Assembly: GCA_946414025.1 (NCBI GenBank)
Contig: CAMKMX010000005.1
Coordinates: 15,032-79,031, forward strand
DNA from: an uncultured Fibrobacter sp.
Lineage (GTDB): Bacteria > Fibrobacterota > Fibrobacteria > Fibrobacterales > Fibrobacteraceae
Direction of reading: 5' to 3'
DNA length: 64,000 bases
The position numbers were made by a program, and so were the translations under genes. Below, in pieces: positions 20,200-29,823 of this stretch (its first letter is position 1; every line of letters begins with the position of its first letter). A model generated the notes under the pieces. That model saw only the letters and a list, made by a program, of their open reading frames with translations, was not told the DNA's origin and did not search any database.

Positions 20200-21216
20200 C
20201 TACGAGAACTTGATTCTCGGGTCCACCAGCGTGTAGAGGATGTCGCTGAAGAGGCGGCCCACCATGGCCATGAGGCTGCTGAGGAAGATGATGCCCATGA
20301 CCACGTTGTAGTCCCGGTTCACCATGGAATTGTAGTATAGCAGACCCATGCCGTCGATGTCGAAGACCTTCTCGATAAGGAGCGCCCCCGCAAACATGAG
20401 GGTGCAGATTTCGGAGAGGCGGGTGGCAATGGGAATAAGCGCATTGCGGAGCGCATGGCGCACCAGGGCCTGCTTGAAACTCATGCCTTTTGCAAGGGCC
20501 GTGCGCATGTAGTCCTTGCCCAGTTCCTCCAGGGCGGAGTTCTTCATGAGGAAGGTGAGGAAGGCGAACTCGCTAATCATGTAGCAGAAAATCGGTAAAA
20601 TCAGGTGATGCCCCAGGTCCACGATTTTCCCGAAAAAGGAGAAATCCTCGAAATCGTCGCTGGTAAGGCCCCCCAGCGGAAAGATGTCCAGGTAGGACCC
20701 GCCCGCAAGGAAAATAATCAGGAGAATGCCTAAGGCATAACCCGGCATCACGTAACCCGAAAATATCAGGCCCGAGCTGAGGGAGTCCAGCTTGCTCCCG
20801 TGATGCACCGCCTTCCAGAGGCCAAGGGGAATGCAAATCAGGTAGCTCAAGAAGAACGAAGTGATTCCGAAAAACAGGGATATGGGGAACCGGCTCACAA
20901 TCACGTCCCATACCGGGAGGCCGTAGGTGTAGCTTGCGCCCAAGTCCAGGTGCAGCACGTTCCAGAGCCAGGTCAGGTAGCGCTTCCAGGCGGGCTGGTC
21001 AAACCCGAAGTAGGCCTGGATTTGGGCTATCTGGTCTGGCGACAGGGCCTTGGACGCATCTACCCCGCCTTTCATGGCGGCGGCCTGCTGGGCCCTGGAA
21101 ATCATCTCCTCCACGGGGCCGCCCGGCAACAGCTGGATGAGTATAAAGCACACCAGCGAAATCCCGATGAGAGTCGGGATCATGAGTAGCAGGCGTCGGA
21201 GGATGTAGGACCGCAT
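20200..21216 (-). CDS. Oligopeptide/microcin-C type ABC transporter permease (OppB/YejB-like)
   Basis: YILRRLLLMIPTL, DLGAS, EAA-like TALAKG, HALRNA, RDY. Confidence 0.88.
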   Translation of the reverse strand: MRSYILRRLLLMIPTLIGISLVCFILIQLLPGGPVEEMISRAQQAAAMKGGVDASKALSPDQIAQIQAYFGFDQPAWKRYLTWLWNVLHLDLGASYTYGLPVWDVIVSRFPISLFFGITSFFLSYLICIPLGLWKAVHHGSKLDSLSSGLIFSGYVMPGYALGILLIIFLAGGSYLDIFPLGGLTSDDFEDFSFFGKIVDLGHHLILPIFCYMISEFAFLTFLMKNSALEELGKDYMRTALAKGMSFKQALVRHALRNALIPIATRLSEICTLMFAGALLIEKVFDIDGMGLLYYNSMVNRDYNVVMGIIFLSSLMAMVGRLFSDILYTLVDPRIKFS

Positions 21217-21219
21217 CTT

Positions 21220-21325
21220 TAATTCGGAGTTCAGAATTCAGAGTTCGGAATGTGAAACTCGGACCTAAAACGGTTGCGGCAAAGCCGCCAAGCTAAATAA
21301 TTCCGAAATCCGAATTCATAATTAA
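21220..21325. repeat. AATTCGG heptamer element with inverted arms around a central hairpin
   Basis: Left arm aattcggagttcagaattcagagttcgg, right arm aattccgaaatccgaatt; similar at 35648, 53236 and 56930. Confidence 0.7.
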
Positions 21326-22156
21326 TTAACGCATTTTTCCAGAACGCAAAACGTCCATCATGTTGAAGGGTTTGGCGGTTCCGTTTGCGAGGTGGCATGC
21401 GAGGAAGTTCACCGCATCTACGGTGCCTTCGGCGTAAATCTTGCGACCGCAAACGTTGTGCTGGAACTCGAAATGCACGGTGCCGTCAGCGCTGTCCAAG
21501 CTATAGGTGTGGAAGGCGTGACCGCCCAGGTATTCCTCGGGCACGTGCATCCGTTCCACCTGTTCTTTTTCGTTACGGACCTTCTCGATGTCGTCTACAG
21601 AGAAGTCGAATCCCATCTTCTGGAAGTCCCCCACCACGGCCTTGGCCGTGCCGCTGGTGTCCGCCTTGGTCTTCTGGTGGCTTTCCACCACGGAAAGTTT
21701 GTATCCGCTGAATGCCGTGGGGAATTCCTTGGCCAAAAATTCAATCATCATCTGGAAAGCCACAATCTGCTTGGCCATGTTGGGAGCAATGACGCTGGGG
21801 TGGTTGGCGTCTGCCACAAGCTTTGCAAGGGCTTCGCGGTCGCCACCGGTAGTGCCCATCACAAAGGGAATCTTGTGCTTCACGTAGAAGGCGGCGTTGT
21901 CGTTTACCGCCGTGGGGTGGGTATAGTCGATGCAAATCATTTTCGGGTACTTGGCCAGCACCTCGCCAATGCGCTCTTCGCGGTTGCTGGGTTTAAGGAG
22001 CTGGACGGTCTTGCCGGCCACCTCGGCCTCGTTTTCCACGATGATTTCGCCCGTCAAGGAATACGGGACCAGTTCCAAGCCACGGGCCACGCAGGTTTCG
22101 GCCACGATACGGCCCATGTTGCCCGGAATTCCATTTACCATTACTTGTACAGACAC
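21326..22156 (-). CDS. dapB: 4-hydroxy-tetrahydrodipicolinate reductase (divergent subtype)
   Basis: NGIPGNMG, IDYTHP, VMGTTG, APNM, ESHQKTKADTSGTA. Confidence 0.85.
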   Translation of the reverse strand: MSVQVMVNGIPGNMGRIVAETCVARGLELVPYSLTGEIIVENEAEVAGKTVQLLKPSNREERIGEVLAKYPKMICIDYTHPTAVNDNAAFYVKHKIPFVMGTTGGDREALAKLVADANHPSVIAPNMAKQIVAFQMMIEFLAKEFPTAFSGYKLSVVESHQKTKADTSGTAKAVVGDFQKMGFDFSVDDIEKVRNEKEQVERMHVPEEYLGGHAFHTYSLDSADGTVHFEFQHNVCGRKIYAEGTVDAVNFLACHLANGTAKPFNMMDVLRSGKMR

Positions 22157-22297
22157 TGTTACTCCTGTTTTTTACTTCTAAACTTTTCGTTTCTGGTTGA
22201 CGCTGACCCCGGCATCCCAGAACAAATCCGGGCAGGCTCGGAGCCTCCTGTAACCAGCAGCCCTAAAACCTAAAACCTACAACCTAACACCTACTAC

Positions 22298-24916
22298 CTA
22301 CTTCCCATAGTTTTCCTTCAGTTCCGTGAGGCGTTGCAGGGCCTGCAGTGGGGTCATCTCTTCGGGACGCAGGCGGCAGATTTCCTGTTTCAAGAGCGTC
22401 AGGGACTCGTCGGGGGCGGCGAACAGGTCCATCTGGGGCCTGTCCTTGATTTTCTTGTGAATCGCCTCGTCACTGGGGTCAATCTTCTGCTTTTCCAGAC
22501 GGAGCAAAATCTTGCGTGCCCGGCGCACCACCGTAGAGGGGAGTCCCGCCATTTCCGCCACGTGAATACCGTAGCTGGAATCGCAAGCCCCGGCAAGAAT
22601 CTTGTGCAAGAAGATGAGCTTGTCGCCTTTCTCCTGAACCGCCACCTGATAGTTCCCCGCATGTTCCAGAGAATCCACAAGGCCGGTGAGTTCGTGATAA
22701 TGGGTGGCAAACAGCGTCAGCGCCATGCGGGAAGGCTCGCTGTGCAACGTCTCCACGATGGACCAGGCGATGGAAAGTCCGTCGAAAGTGCTGGTACCGC
22801 GGCCGATTTCGTCCAGCAGCACCAAACTGTGGGGCGTGGCATTCCGCAGAATGTTGGCGGTTTCAATCATCTCCACCATGAAGGTAGAAAGCCCGCGGCT
22901 CAGGCGGTCGCTGGCCCCCACGCGGGTGAAAATCCGGTCCACCACGCCTATGCGGGCCGATTCCGCCGGCACAAAACAGCCCATCTGGGCCATCAGCACA
23001 ATCAGTCCCGTCTGCCTCAGGTAAGTAGATTTACCCGCCATGTTGGGGCCCGTAATGAGCATCAGGCGGGTGGCATCGGGAGAAAGTTCCACGTCGTTGG
23101 GAATAAAGTCCAAATCCGGATTCACCGCCACGATGACGGGGTGGAAACCGCCCCGAATCTCGATACCCGTGCCGGTATAGACCTCCGGACACACGTAGTT
23201 GTACTTGCGGGCGGCTCGGGCAAAACTGTAGAGCGTATCCACACGGGCGATGGCGTCGGCGATTTCCTGGAGTTCGCTACGCCAACTGTTCACCCGGTCC
23301 CTGAGCTGACAGAAAATGCGGTATTCCAGCTCGTGGATGTTCACCTCGGCGTTGCTGATGACGGACTCGCACTCCTTCATTTCGGGAGTGATGTAGCGCT
23401 CGGCGTTGACTGTAGTCTGCTTGCGGATGTATTCGTCGGGAATGGGCTTGGTGGCCTTGGCCATCTGGGCCCTTGTAATTTCGATGTAGTAGCCGAACAC
23501 CCTGTTGTAGCCCACCTTAAGGCTCGGGATTTCCAGTCGTTCCCGCTCGCGGCTTTCCAGGGAGGCTATCCACTGGCGCTTATCCTTGATGTCGGCGTTC
23601 ATGGCGTCCAACTCCACGTTGGCGCCTTCCCGAATCATGCCGCCTTCGCGAACCGTCAGGGGCAAGTCATCGTTGAAATTCTGCAGGAGTTCCTCTCCCC
23701 TGCCTTTGGCCAGTTCCAGCACCTGTCGGAACTGTTCGAACAAGGGGGAATGCAGTTCCGAAAGCACACGGGCAACTTTTGAGGCCTGGCACAGGGAGCG
23801 ACCCATACCGGCCAGGTCACGGGCGTTGGCGCGACCGCTCCCCACCCGCCCCATCAGGCGTTCCATGTCCAGGATGGAGGTGAGGGATTCCTTCAGTTCG
23901 TCCAGGGCCATGGGGTTCCCTACCAGCTCGGTCACGGCCTCTTCGCGGGCCTTGATTTTTTCCACCGAAATCAGCGGGTGGCTCACCCAGTCCTTCAGCA
24001 CGCGGCCGCCCATGGCGGTAACGGTAAAGTCCAGAACGGAACACAAGGTGCTGGAATAATCGTCGGCGTTCAGCGGGCGGACCAGTTCCAGATTGCGCAA
24101 GGTGCTGGGGTCCAGGGTCATGTAGTCGTCCAGATTCAAAATCTCGAGACCCGTAAAGTGGGAAAGCTCGGACTTTTTCTGGTCCATCAAATACTGCAAG
24201 AGGGCGCCCGTCACCGCCGTTTCACTGTCGCGACCGTCCAGGCCGAGGCCTACCAGGGATTCCACCTTGAAGTGGGAAAACAGCACGTCCCGACCGTGTT
24301 CCGCCCCGAACAGAAAAGCGGGAATCTCCGTAATCAAGATGTTTTCGGAGCGGATAATGTCCATGACGCCCGAGGGGATTTCACAACCTTCGGCCACCAC
24401 CACTTCCTTGGGCATGCGGCGGCAGAACTCACACTCGAAAGCCTGCACCGAGCTCCTGCTTACCGCAAGGTAGCCCGTGGTCACGTCGGCAAAGGCGAAC
24501 ACCGACTCGTCTCCCGATTCCGCCGGCATGTAGGCGCAGAGGTAGTTGGCCTCCTTGGCGTTCAGGTTGGTCTCGTCCATGGCGGTTCCGGCGCTGATGA
24601 TTTCCACCACGTCCCGCTTCACGATTCCCTTGGCAAGCTTGGGGTCTTCTACCTGTTCGCAAATGGCTATACGGTAACCTGCGGCCACCATCTTGGGCAC
24701 GTATCGGTCCGCCGCATGGTGCGGAAACCCGCAAAGGGGAGTCTCCCCCGCCGCCCCGTTGTTTCGGCTGGTGAGGGTAAGCCCCAAAATCTTGGAAGCA
24801 ATAACGGCATCTTCCTCGAACAGTTCGAAGAAATCCCCCATTCTAAAGAAAAGTATGCAGCCCGGATTCTGTTTCTTGATTTCGTAGTACTGCTGCATCA
24901 AGGGCGTAGCGGCCAT
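22298..24916 (-). CDS. mutS: DNA mismatch repair protein MutS
   Basis: TPLMQQY, FRMGDFFELF, TGPNMAGKSTY, STFMVEM, DEIGRGTS, FATHYHEL. Confidence 0.97.
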   Translation of the reverse strand: MAATPLMQQYYEIKKQNPGCILFFRMGDFFELFEEDAVIASKILGLTLTSRNNGAAGETPLCGFPHHAADRYVPKMVAAGYRIAICEQVEDPKLAKGIVKRDVVEIISAGTAMDETNLNAKEANYLCAYMPAESGDESVFAFADVTTGYLAVSRSSVQAFECEFCRRMPKEVVVAEGCEIPSGVMDIIRSENILITEIPAFLFGAEHGRDVLFSHFKVESLVGLGLDGRDSETAVTGALLQYLMDQKKSELSHFTGLEILNLDDYMTLDPSTLRNLELVRPLNADDYSSTLCSVLDFTVTAMGGRVLKDWVSHPLISVEKIKAREEAVTELVGNPMALDELKESLTSILDMERLMGRVGSGRANARDLAGMGRSLCQASKVARVLSELHSPLFEQFRQVLELAKGRGEELLQNFNDDLPLTVREGGMIREGANVELDAMNADIKDKRQWIASLESRERERLEIPSLKVGYNRVFGYYIEITRAQMAKATKPIPDEYIRKQTTVNAERYITPEMKECESVISNAEVNIHELEYRIFCQLRDRVNSWRSELQEIADAIARVDTLYSFARAARKYNYVCPEVYTGTGIEIRGGFHPVIVAVNPDLDFIPNDVELSPDATRLMLITGPNMAGKSTYLRQTGLIVLMAQMGCFVPAESARIGVVDRIFTRVGASDRLSRGLSTFMVEMIETANILRNATPHSLVLLDEIGRGTSTFDGLSIAWSIVETLHSEPSRMALTLFATHYHELTGLVDSLEHAGNYQVAVQEKGDKLIFLHKILAGACDSSYGIHVAEMAGLPSTVVRRARKILLRLEKQKIDPSDEAIHKKIKDRPQMDLFAAPDESLTLLKQEICRLRPEEMTPLQALQRLTELKENYGK

Positions 24917-25623
24917 CAGGTCTCTCCCATGGACAGCTCAATCTGGTCCGGAACTTCCTCGGGGGGCTTGGGTTCCTCCGGAGAACTTTCGGGAATCGAA
25001 TACTGGGGCACCAGATTACCCGCCTCCAGAAGTTCGCTGAATTCCCGCAAGCGGGGCAGGTCTTCGGGAATACGGTTAATCCCGAAATACTTCATGAATT
25101 CCTGGGTGGTCACGTAGGTGTAAGGGTTTCCCACGGTCTCCGCACGGGCTCCCAGAGAAATAAATCCCTTGTCCAGCAGGTTACGGATCGGCCCATCGAC
25201 AGAGGCCACGCCCCTGACCTGTTCAATGGCGGCCTTGGTGATGGGTTGCTGGTATGCAATTACGGCCAATGTTTCCAGGGCCGCCTGGGAAAGCCTGCGG
25301 GCGTTGGCTTCCGGGAACAGCTTGCGCACCCAGGGGTAATACTTGGCACGGGTCCTGAAGCGGTAACCGCCGGCCTGTTCCACAATTTCGAAAGGAGACT
25401 GTATCTTGTTCAGGGAATCGTTGGCGGCAATCAAGGCCTCGGCCACGGTACGGGCATCCAAGAAATCCCCCAGGATTTCCCGCAACTTTTTCAGGGTCAC
25501 GATATCCGGAGACGCAAAGACCAGGGCCTGGATAATGCGCATCAGGTCTTCGCGGCTTTCCACTTTCGGAAGTTCCGCCGATTCCTCGGCGGCATCTTCT
25601 GCATTCGGTACATTCTCACTCAT
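24916..25623 (-). CDS. scpB: SMC-Scp complex subunit ScpB
   Basis: LSQAALETLAVIAYQQPITK..IEQVRGV, YVTTQEF..YFG. Confidence 0.92.
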   Translation of the reverse strand: MSENVPNAEDAAEESAELPKVESREDLMRIIQALVFASPDIVTLKKLREILGDFLDARTVAEALIAANDSLNKIQSPFEIVEQAGGYRFRTRAKYYPWVRKLFPEANARRLSQAALETLAVIAYQQPITKAAIEQVRGVASVDGPIRNLLDKGFISLGARAETVGNPYTYVTTQEFMKYFGINRIPEDLPRLREFSELLEAGNLVPQYSIPESSPEEPKPPEEVPDQIELSMGET

Positions 25624-27169
25624 GTTTCCGAAAATAGAAATTTAACAGGAGAATCAAGGCGCAGTCCGCCAAAACAAAGCTCAAGAGCCAGGTAAACGTG
25701 CCGTTCTGGAAGCCGTAACTGTGAAGCCCCACGCCCAGAAGGTTGATTCCGAACCAACAGAGGAAGGTAACCACCACGTTGAAGGCGTTGAACAGCACAA
25801 AACCCCGGCCTGTCACCAGGCGCCCGGCCCGCAGGTGTAAACCCAGCATGGCCCAGAGGATTACAAAGAGGGCACCGCATTCCTTGGGGTCGAACCCCCA
25901 GAAACGCCCCCAAGCAAAGTCCGCCCACACCCCACCCAAAAGAGTGCCCACGATGGTCAGGACCGAACCGAAAACCAGGGTGCCGTAGAGCAGCGGCACG
26001 AGGGGCTCATCTCGGGGGATTTCCTTACCGCGGAAACGGAACAGGGCCACATGAGCCACGATTCCCGAAAGAATCATGCCTGCAAAACCCATGGCGATGG
26101 TAAACACGTGGAGTGTAAGGAACACCGAAGAATTCAAGATAGCGGGCAGCGCCCGGAAGGCATCGCCGGTTTCCAGCACGAACCTCGCAAAGAACAACAG
26201 CAGGGCCGCCACGAAGGCGACAGGCACCATCAGGGAGAACTGGCGACGGCGGCAACGGAAAAACGCCACCACCTCGAAGGACTCCAGCAGCAGGGCCACC
26301 CACAAGATAATTTCGTACAAATTTGCCATAGGCGGGTGGCCCGTCACTGCAAAGCGCACCGCAAGGGTCAAGACCAGAATCACCGTGGCCACAAGGCCCG
26401 CCCCGTTGGCGGCTCGGTCCAGAGCCGTCTTCTTGAAATTCAGGTTCAAAAGGGAAAGCAAGAACCCGACAAATGCCGCCACGAAGGCCCACAGCACAGG
26501 GTCCGCAAAGTAGTAGGCCAGTTCCAGATTGATCCGCCGAACCGTGGGGCCACTTTCGGCCAAGGCGGGTTCTGCCAGGGTGAAAAGTTCCTTCACCCGG
26601 GCGCTGTCCCCCAGGGTCTCGAACAGCTGGACATTTTCGTAGAGCCGTTTCATCTCCAGAGTGGCAGCATGACCGTCATTTCGGCTGGCGTAGAGTTCCA
26701 GCAGGTCCCGGGCGGGCTGCAGCTGGCCGTAACTCACATAACGTTCGCCTGGCGGCAGATGCAAGGCCTCCGAAACGTCGCTCCGCAAGACCTTGAAAAG
26801 TTTCCAGTCCCGACTTTGGGGGGCATTCTTCACAATTCCCAGGACCACCTCGGTAGCCTGCATCTTGCGTGGGCAACGTTCAGCTTCGCCGTCCTTGCAC
26901 CGGTAGGACACTTTCCCCGAAAAATTGTCCAGCACATCCCGTGCAAAAGAGGCAAAGGGCCGGACCTCCCCCCGGTACACCACCGCCGTCGCCGAGCCCT
27001 GCAATTCTGTCCGCAGTTCCGACCGCTCAGAAGCCCATGCCGAGGGCAAGGCAACAAGCAGGAGCGCTACAAACAGCAGGGGCGCAATCAAAAAACGCGG
27101 GAACGGGCGCTGGAATAAAAAGCGCGGGAACAACAAATGCGGGAACTGTCCCGAAGAGAGCCGTTTCAC
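25616..27169 (-). CDS. ccsA: Cytochrome c biogenesis protein CcsA (system II)
   Basis: GHPPMANLYE, conserved His (LHV) and WWD-like GGVWADFAWGRFWGFDPKE. Confidence 0.85.
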   Translation of the reverse strand: MKRLSSGQFPHLLFPRFLFQRPFPRFLIAPLLFVALLLVALPSAWASERSELRTELQGSATAVVYRGEVRPFASFARDVLDNFSGKVSYRCKDGEAERCPRKMQATEVVLGIVKNAPQSRDWKLFKVLRSDVSEALHLPPGERYVSYGQLQPARDLLELYASRNDGHAATLEMKRLYENVQLFETLGDSARVKELFTLAEPALAESGPTVRRINLELAYYFADPVLWAFVAAFVGFLLSLLNLNFKKTALDRAANGAGLVATVILVLTLAVRFAVTGHPPMANLYEIILWVALLLESFEVVAFFRCRRRQFSLMVPVAFVAALLLFFARFVLETGDAFRALPAILNSSVFLTLHVFTIAMGFAGMILSGIVAHVALFRFRGKEIPRDEPLVPLLYGTLVFGSVLTIVGTLLGGVWADFAWGRFWGFDPKECGALFVILWAMLGLHLRAGRLVTGRGFVLFNAFNVVVTFLCWFGINLLGVGLHSYGFQNGTFTWLLSFVLADCALILLLNFYFRKHE

Positions 27170-27831
27170 GAGTCCCCCTTACGGGCGCGCACCACCACGA
27201 CTACATAATGAAAAACAAGACTGACCAGCATCAGGCTCATGAAGGCGTAGGGCACAAAACGCATGGGGTCGTAGGTTACCGTATAGAGGTCGATGGAGGA
27301 CTTGGGCGACATGGGAAAACGCCCGCGATATTCCACATGGTAGGTCCAGCCGGCCGTTTCCAGGGGAAACTGCACCGCGACGGTCCCGAGGCTGTCTCCT
27401 GCGGGGAACATGGTCAAGGTTCCGGACTTTTCCGGCACGCTTTCGGGCGCTACGTTCTTGTAACCGTTGTAGTCTTGCTGGAGGGCGCCGCCCACAAGGC
27501 TCCCCGCAAGCAGCACCAGCAGGGCGATATGGATTCCGTAAAGTCCAGCAAACTTTAGACCGCGGGGCATGCGAAAGATCATGGCGGCCACCAGGTTCAC
27601 GCAGGCCAACACCGCCAAGCTTTTCATGGCAGGCACGGGAACCACGTCAAAAACCCAGACGAAATAGCTCCCGAAAAATCGTTCTACCGCAACAGACGCC
27701 GGCATTCCTGCCGCTTCGGCGTTTGCCTGTCCCAAGACGCCCCAGAATATGACCAGAAGGAACGCGACCAGCAAAAAGACGGTCACTTTAAGAGACGAAA
27801 GACGAGAGACGAGAGACGAGAGAGTTTTCAA
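27166..27831 (-). CDS. Short ResB/CcsB-like membrane protein
   Basis: LSSLKVTVFLL start, GIHIALLVLLAG His-containing helix, coupled to ccsA; TTG start overlapping the upstream TGA is inferred. Confidence 0.6.
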   Translation of the reverse strand: MKTLSSLVSRLSSLKVTVFLLVAFLLVIFWGVLGQANAEAAGMPASVAVERFFGSYFVWVFDVVPVPAMKSLAVLACVNLVAAMIFRMPRGLKFAGLYGIHIALLVLLAGSLVGGALQQDYNGYKNVAPESVPEKSGTLTMFPAGDSLGTVAVQFPLETAGWTYHVEYRGRFPMSPKSSIDLYTVTYDPMRFVPYAFMSLMLVSLVFHYVVVVVRARKGDS

Positions 27832-28817
27832 ACCGACGGTCCCTCCACCCACACGAACTTGCGGGCATCAAGGGTTTGCTCTCCGTCAAAGCGATAGGCC
27901 ACCATACGACCATGCCCGAAAAAACTCCCGATGCTGTAATCCAGACAGCACACGTTTTTGCGAATAAGGGCAGGCTCGCCTTTAAGCCAGTAGTGCCCGA
28001 AAAACACGGGCCGTTCGCTTTCGCCGTAGAACTTTCGAGACCGAACGGACTCAGGAACGGGTTCGTCGGAAAAGACTACGCCGGGCTGGAGGGCAATGTC
28101 CTGGAGGGTGGCGTTCTTCGGGTCAATCCACCAGCGAAGCCGCATCTTCTTGCGCACCACGCCTTCGCCGTCCTGGAAGGTCCCGCCTGCAGGCAGCTCC
28201 ATCTCGGGGCCCTTCAGCAAGATATCCAGAGGGTGGAACAGGGAATCCTCAAATTCATTGTGGCTGTCGCAGGCCCGGGCAATCAGTTCGTCAAAGTTCC
28301 CGTCGGCAAAGCTTGTAATGCCCGCATCCCGCAGGGCCTGTACGCATTGGGCGTCATAGCAGGCATGTTGCGCCCGGAACAAGTCCGTTTCCATATAGAA
28401 CGGCAAGGTTTTCAGAAAGTCCAGCATTTCCTGGAATTCCTGCTGCCGCCCGCGGTAAGATTCTACCGTCCGTGCAAGGATGGCCACCTTGTTGAAGGAA
28501 TGGTCCCGCAGGTAGCCGCCCGTAATAGTCTTCAGGAAATGCCCACCGCCAGCACCGTTCTGCTGCCAAAAACAGAGGGTGTTGAATTCGTGGTTTCCCA
28601 TGAGGGCGGTAGCAGCTCCGGCGTCACGCATGGCGCGGACCAGGTCAATGGTCTCCCGGGATTCAGAGCCCCGGTCGATGTAGTCCCCGAGAAAAACCAC
28701 CTTACGGACATTTCCCGGATAGGCGAAAACACCACCCCGTTCCACATAGCCCAACTTTTTTAGCAGGGCCCGCAGTTCGGTCGCGTGACCGTGAATGTCG
28801 CCGATAAAGTCTATCAT
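27828..28817 (-). CDS. Calcineurin-like metallophosphoesterase
   Basis: IGDIHG, LGDYIDRG, MGNHE, FFGHYW. Confidence 0.9.
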   Translation of the reverse strand: MIDFIGDIHGHATELRALLKKLGYVERGGVFAYPGNVRKVVFLGDYIDRGSESRETIDLVRAMRDAGAATALMGNHEFNTLCFWQQNGAGGGHFLKTITGGYLRDHSFNKVAILARTVESYRGRQQEFQEMLDFLKTLPFYMETDLFRAQHACYDAQCVQALRDAGITSFADGNFDELIARACDSHNEFEDSLFHPLDILLKGPEMELPAGGTFQDGEGVVRKKMRLRWWIDPKNATLQDIALQPGVVFSDEPVPESVRSRKFYGESERPVFFGHYWLKGEPALIRKNVCCLDYSIGSFFGHGRMVAYRFDGEQTLDARKFVWVEGPSV

Positions 28818-28968
28818 AAATCTTTGTTGAATATAATAAAATAAAGGGTCGAGGCACGAGGCACGAGGTTCGTGGCTCAGGGAGTTCTTATTGCCGAAAA
28901 CAGCACGGACACGGCACTGTAAAATCCTATATTTTCGCAATCGCGGACACTTGAACGGAAAGGCTTTT

Positions 28969-29802
28969 ATGGAAATCGGCAAATACAATCGCGCCCGGGT
29001 CGAAAGCATCATGCCCCAGGGCTATTACCTGGAACTGGAAACCGGCGGCAGGGTGCTGCTCCCCGGAAACCGGGACGAATTCTCCCTGGAAGAAGGCGAA
29101 ATCCTGGACGTGTTCGTCTATATGGACAGCGAGGACCGCCCTATCGCCACCCTCCAGAAGCCTTACGCCCAGGCCGGAGAATTCGCCGTGCTGGAAGTCA
29201 AGGACGTAAACCGCGTGGGAGCGTTCCTGGACTGGGGGCTGAACAAGGACCTGTTCTTGCCCTACAAGCAACAGCTGGGAGAACTCCAGCGGGGCGACCG
29301 CTGCGTAGTTTACGTCTTGCTAGACGACAAGAGCAACCGTCTGGTGGCTACCGAAAAAATCAAGAGCTTCATCGATACCGACACCTCCGAACTCCATGTG
29401 GGAGAGCGAGTGGAACTGGCCGCCTACGAAGTCTCGCCGGACTACGTGGACTTTCTGGTGAACTACCGCTATACCGGGCGCCTCATGGTCACGCCCGGCA
29501 CAAAACGCATCTACATCGGCGACACCATGCCGGGCTACATCCAGCGGTTCACAAACGACGGTAAAATCACCCTGAACCTTTCGCCCGTAGGCTACAAGGG
29601 GCTCATGAAAAGCGACAGCCCGAACGCAGTGCTCCGGAAGCTCTCCGAAGCGGGCGGGTTCCTGCCCTACGGAGACCACACCGACCCGGAAACCATCCAG
29701 AGGGAATTCGGCATGTCCAAGAAGACCTTCAAGAAAATTCTAGGGACCCTCTACCGCGAAGGAAAAATCCTGATCCAGGACGACGGAATCCGCCTTTCCT
29801 AA
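28969..29802 (+). CDS. CvfB-family S1 RNA-binding protein
   Basis: FVYMDSEDRPIAT, GAFLDWGLNKDLFLP and C-terminal wHTH FGMSKKTFKK. Confidence 0.88.
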   Translation: MEIGKYNRARVESIMPQGYYLELETGGRVLLPGNRDEFSLEEGEILDVFVYMDSEDRPIATLQKPYAQAGEFAVLEVKDVNRVGAFLDWGLNKDLFLPYKQQLGELQRGDRCVVYVLLDDKSNRLVATEKIKSFIDTDTSELHVGERVELAAYEVSPDYVDFLVNYRYTGRLMVTPGTKRIYIGDTMPGYIQRFTNDGKITLNLSPVGYKGLMKSDSPNAVLRKLSEAGGFLPYGDHTDPETIQREFGMSKKTFKKILGTLYREGKILIQDDGIRLS

Positions 29803-29823
29803 AGCGTGACATTTTCAAAGAAA

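Noticed and set aside
22157-22297. Lysine riboswitch upstream of dapB
   Set aside because: Hairpins are present, but the region is too short, lacks the AGAGGNGC/loop-E consensus and partly consists of heptamer repeats shared with 41317-41345.
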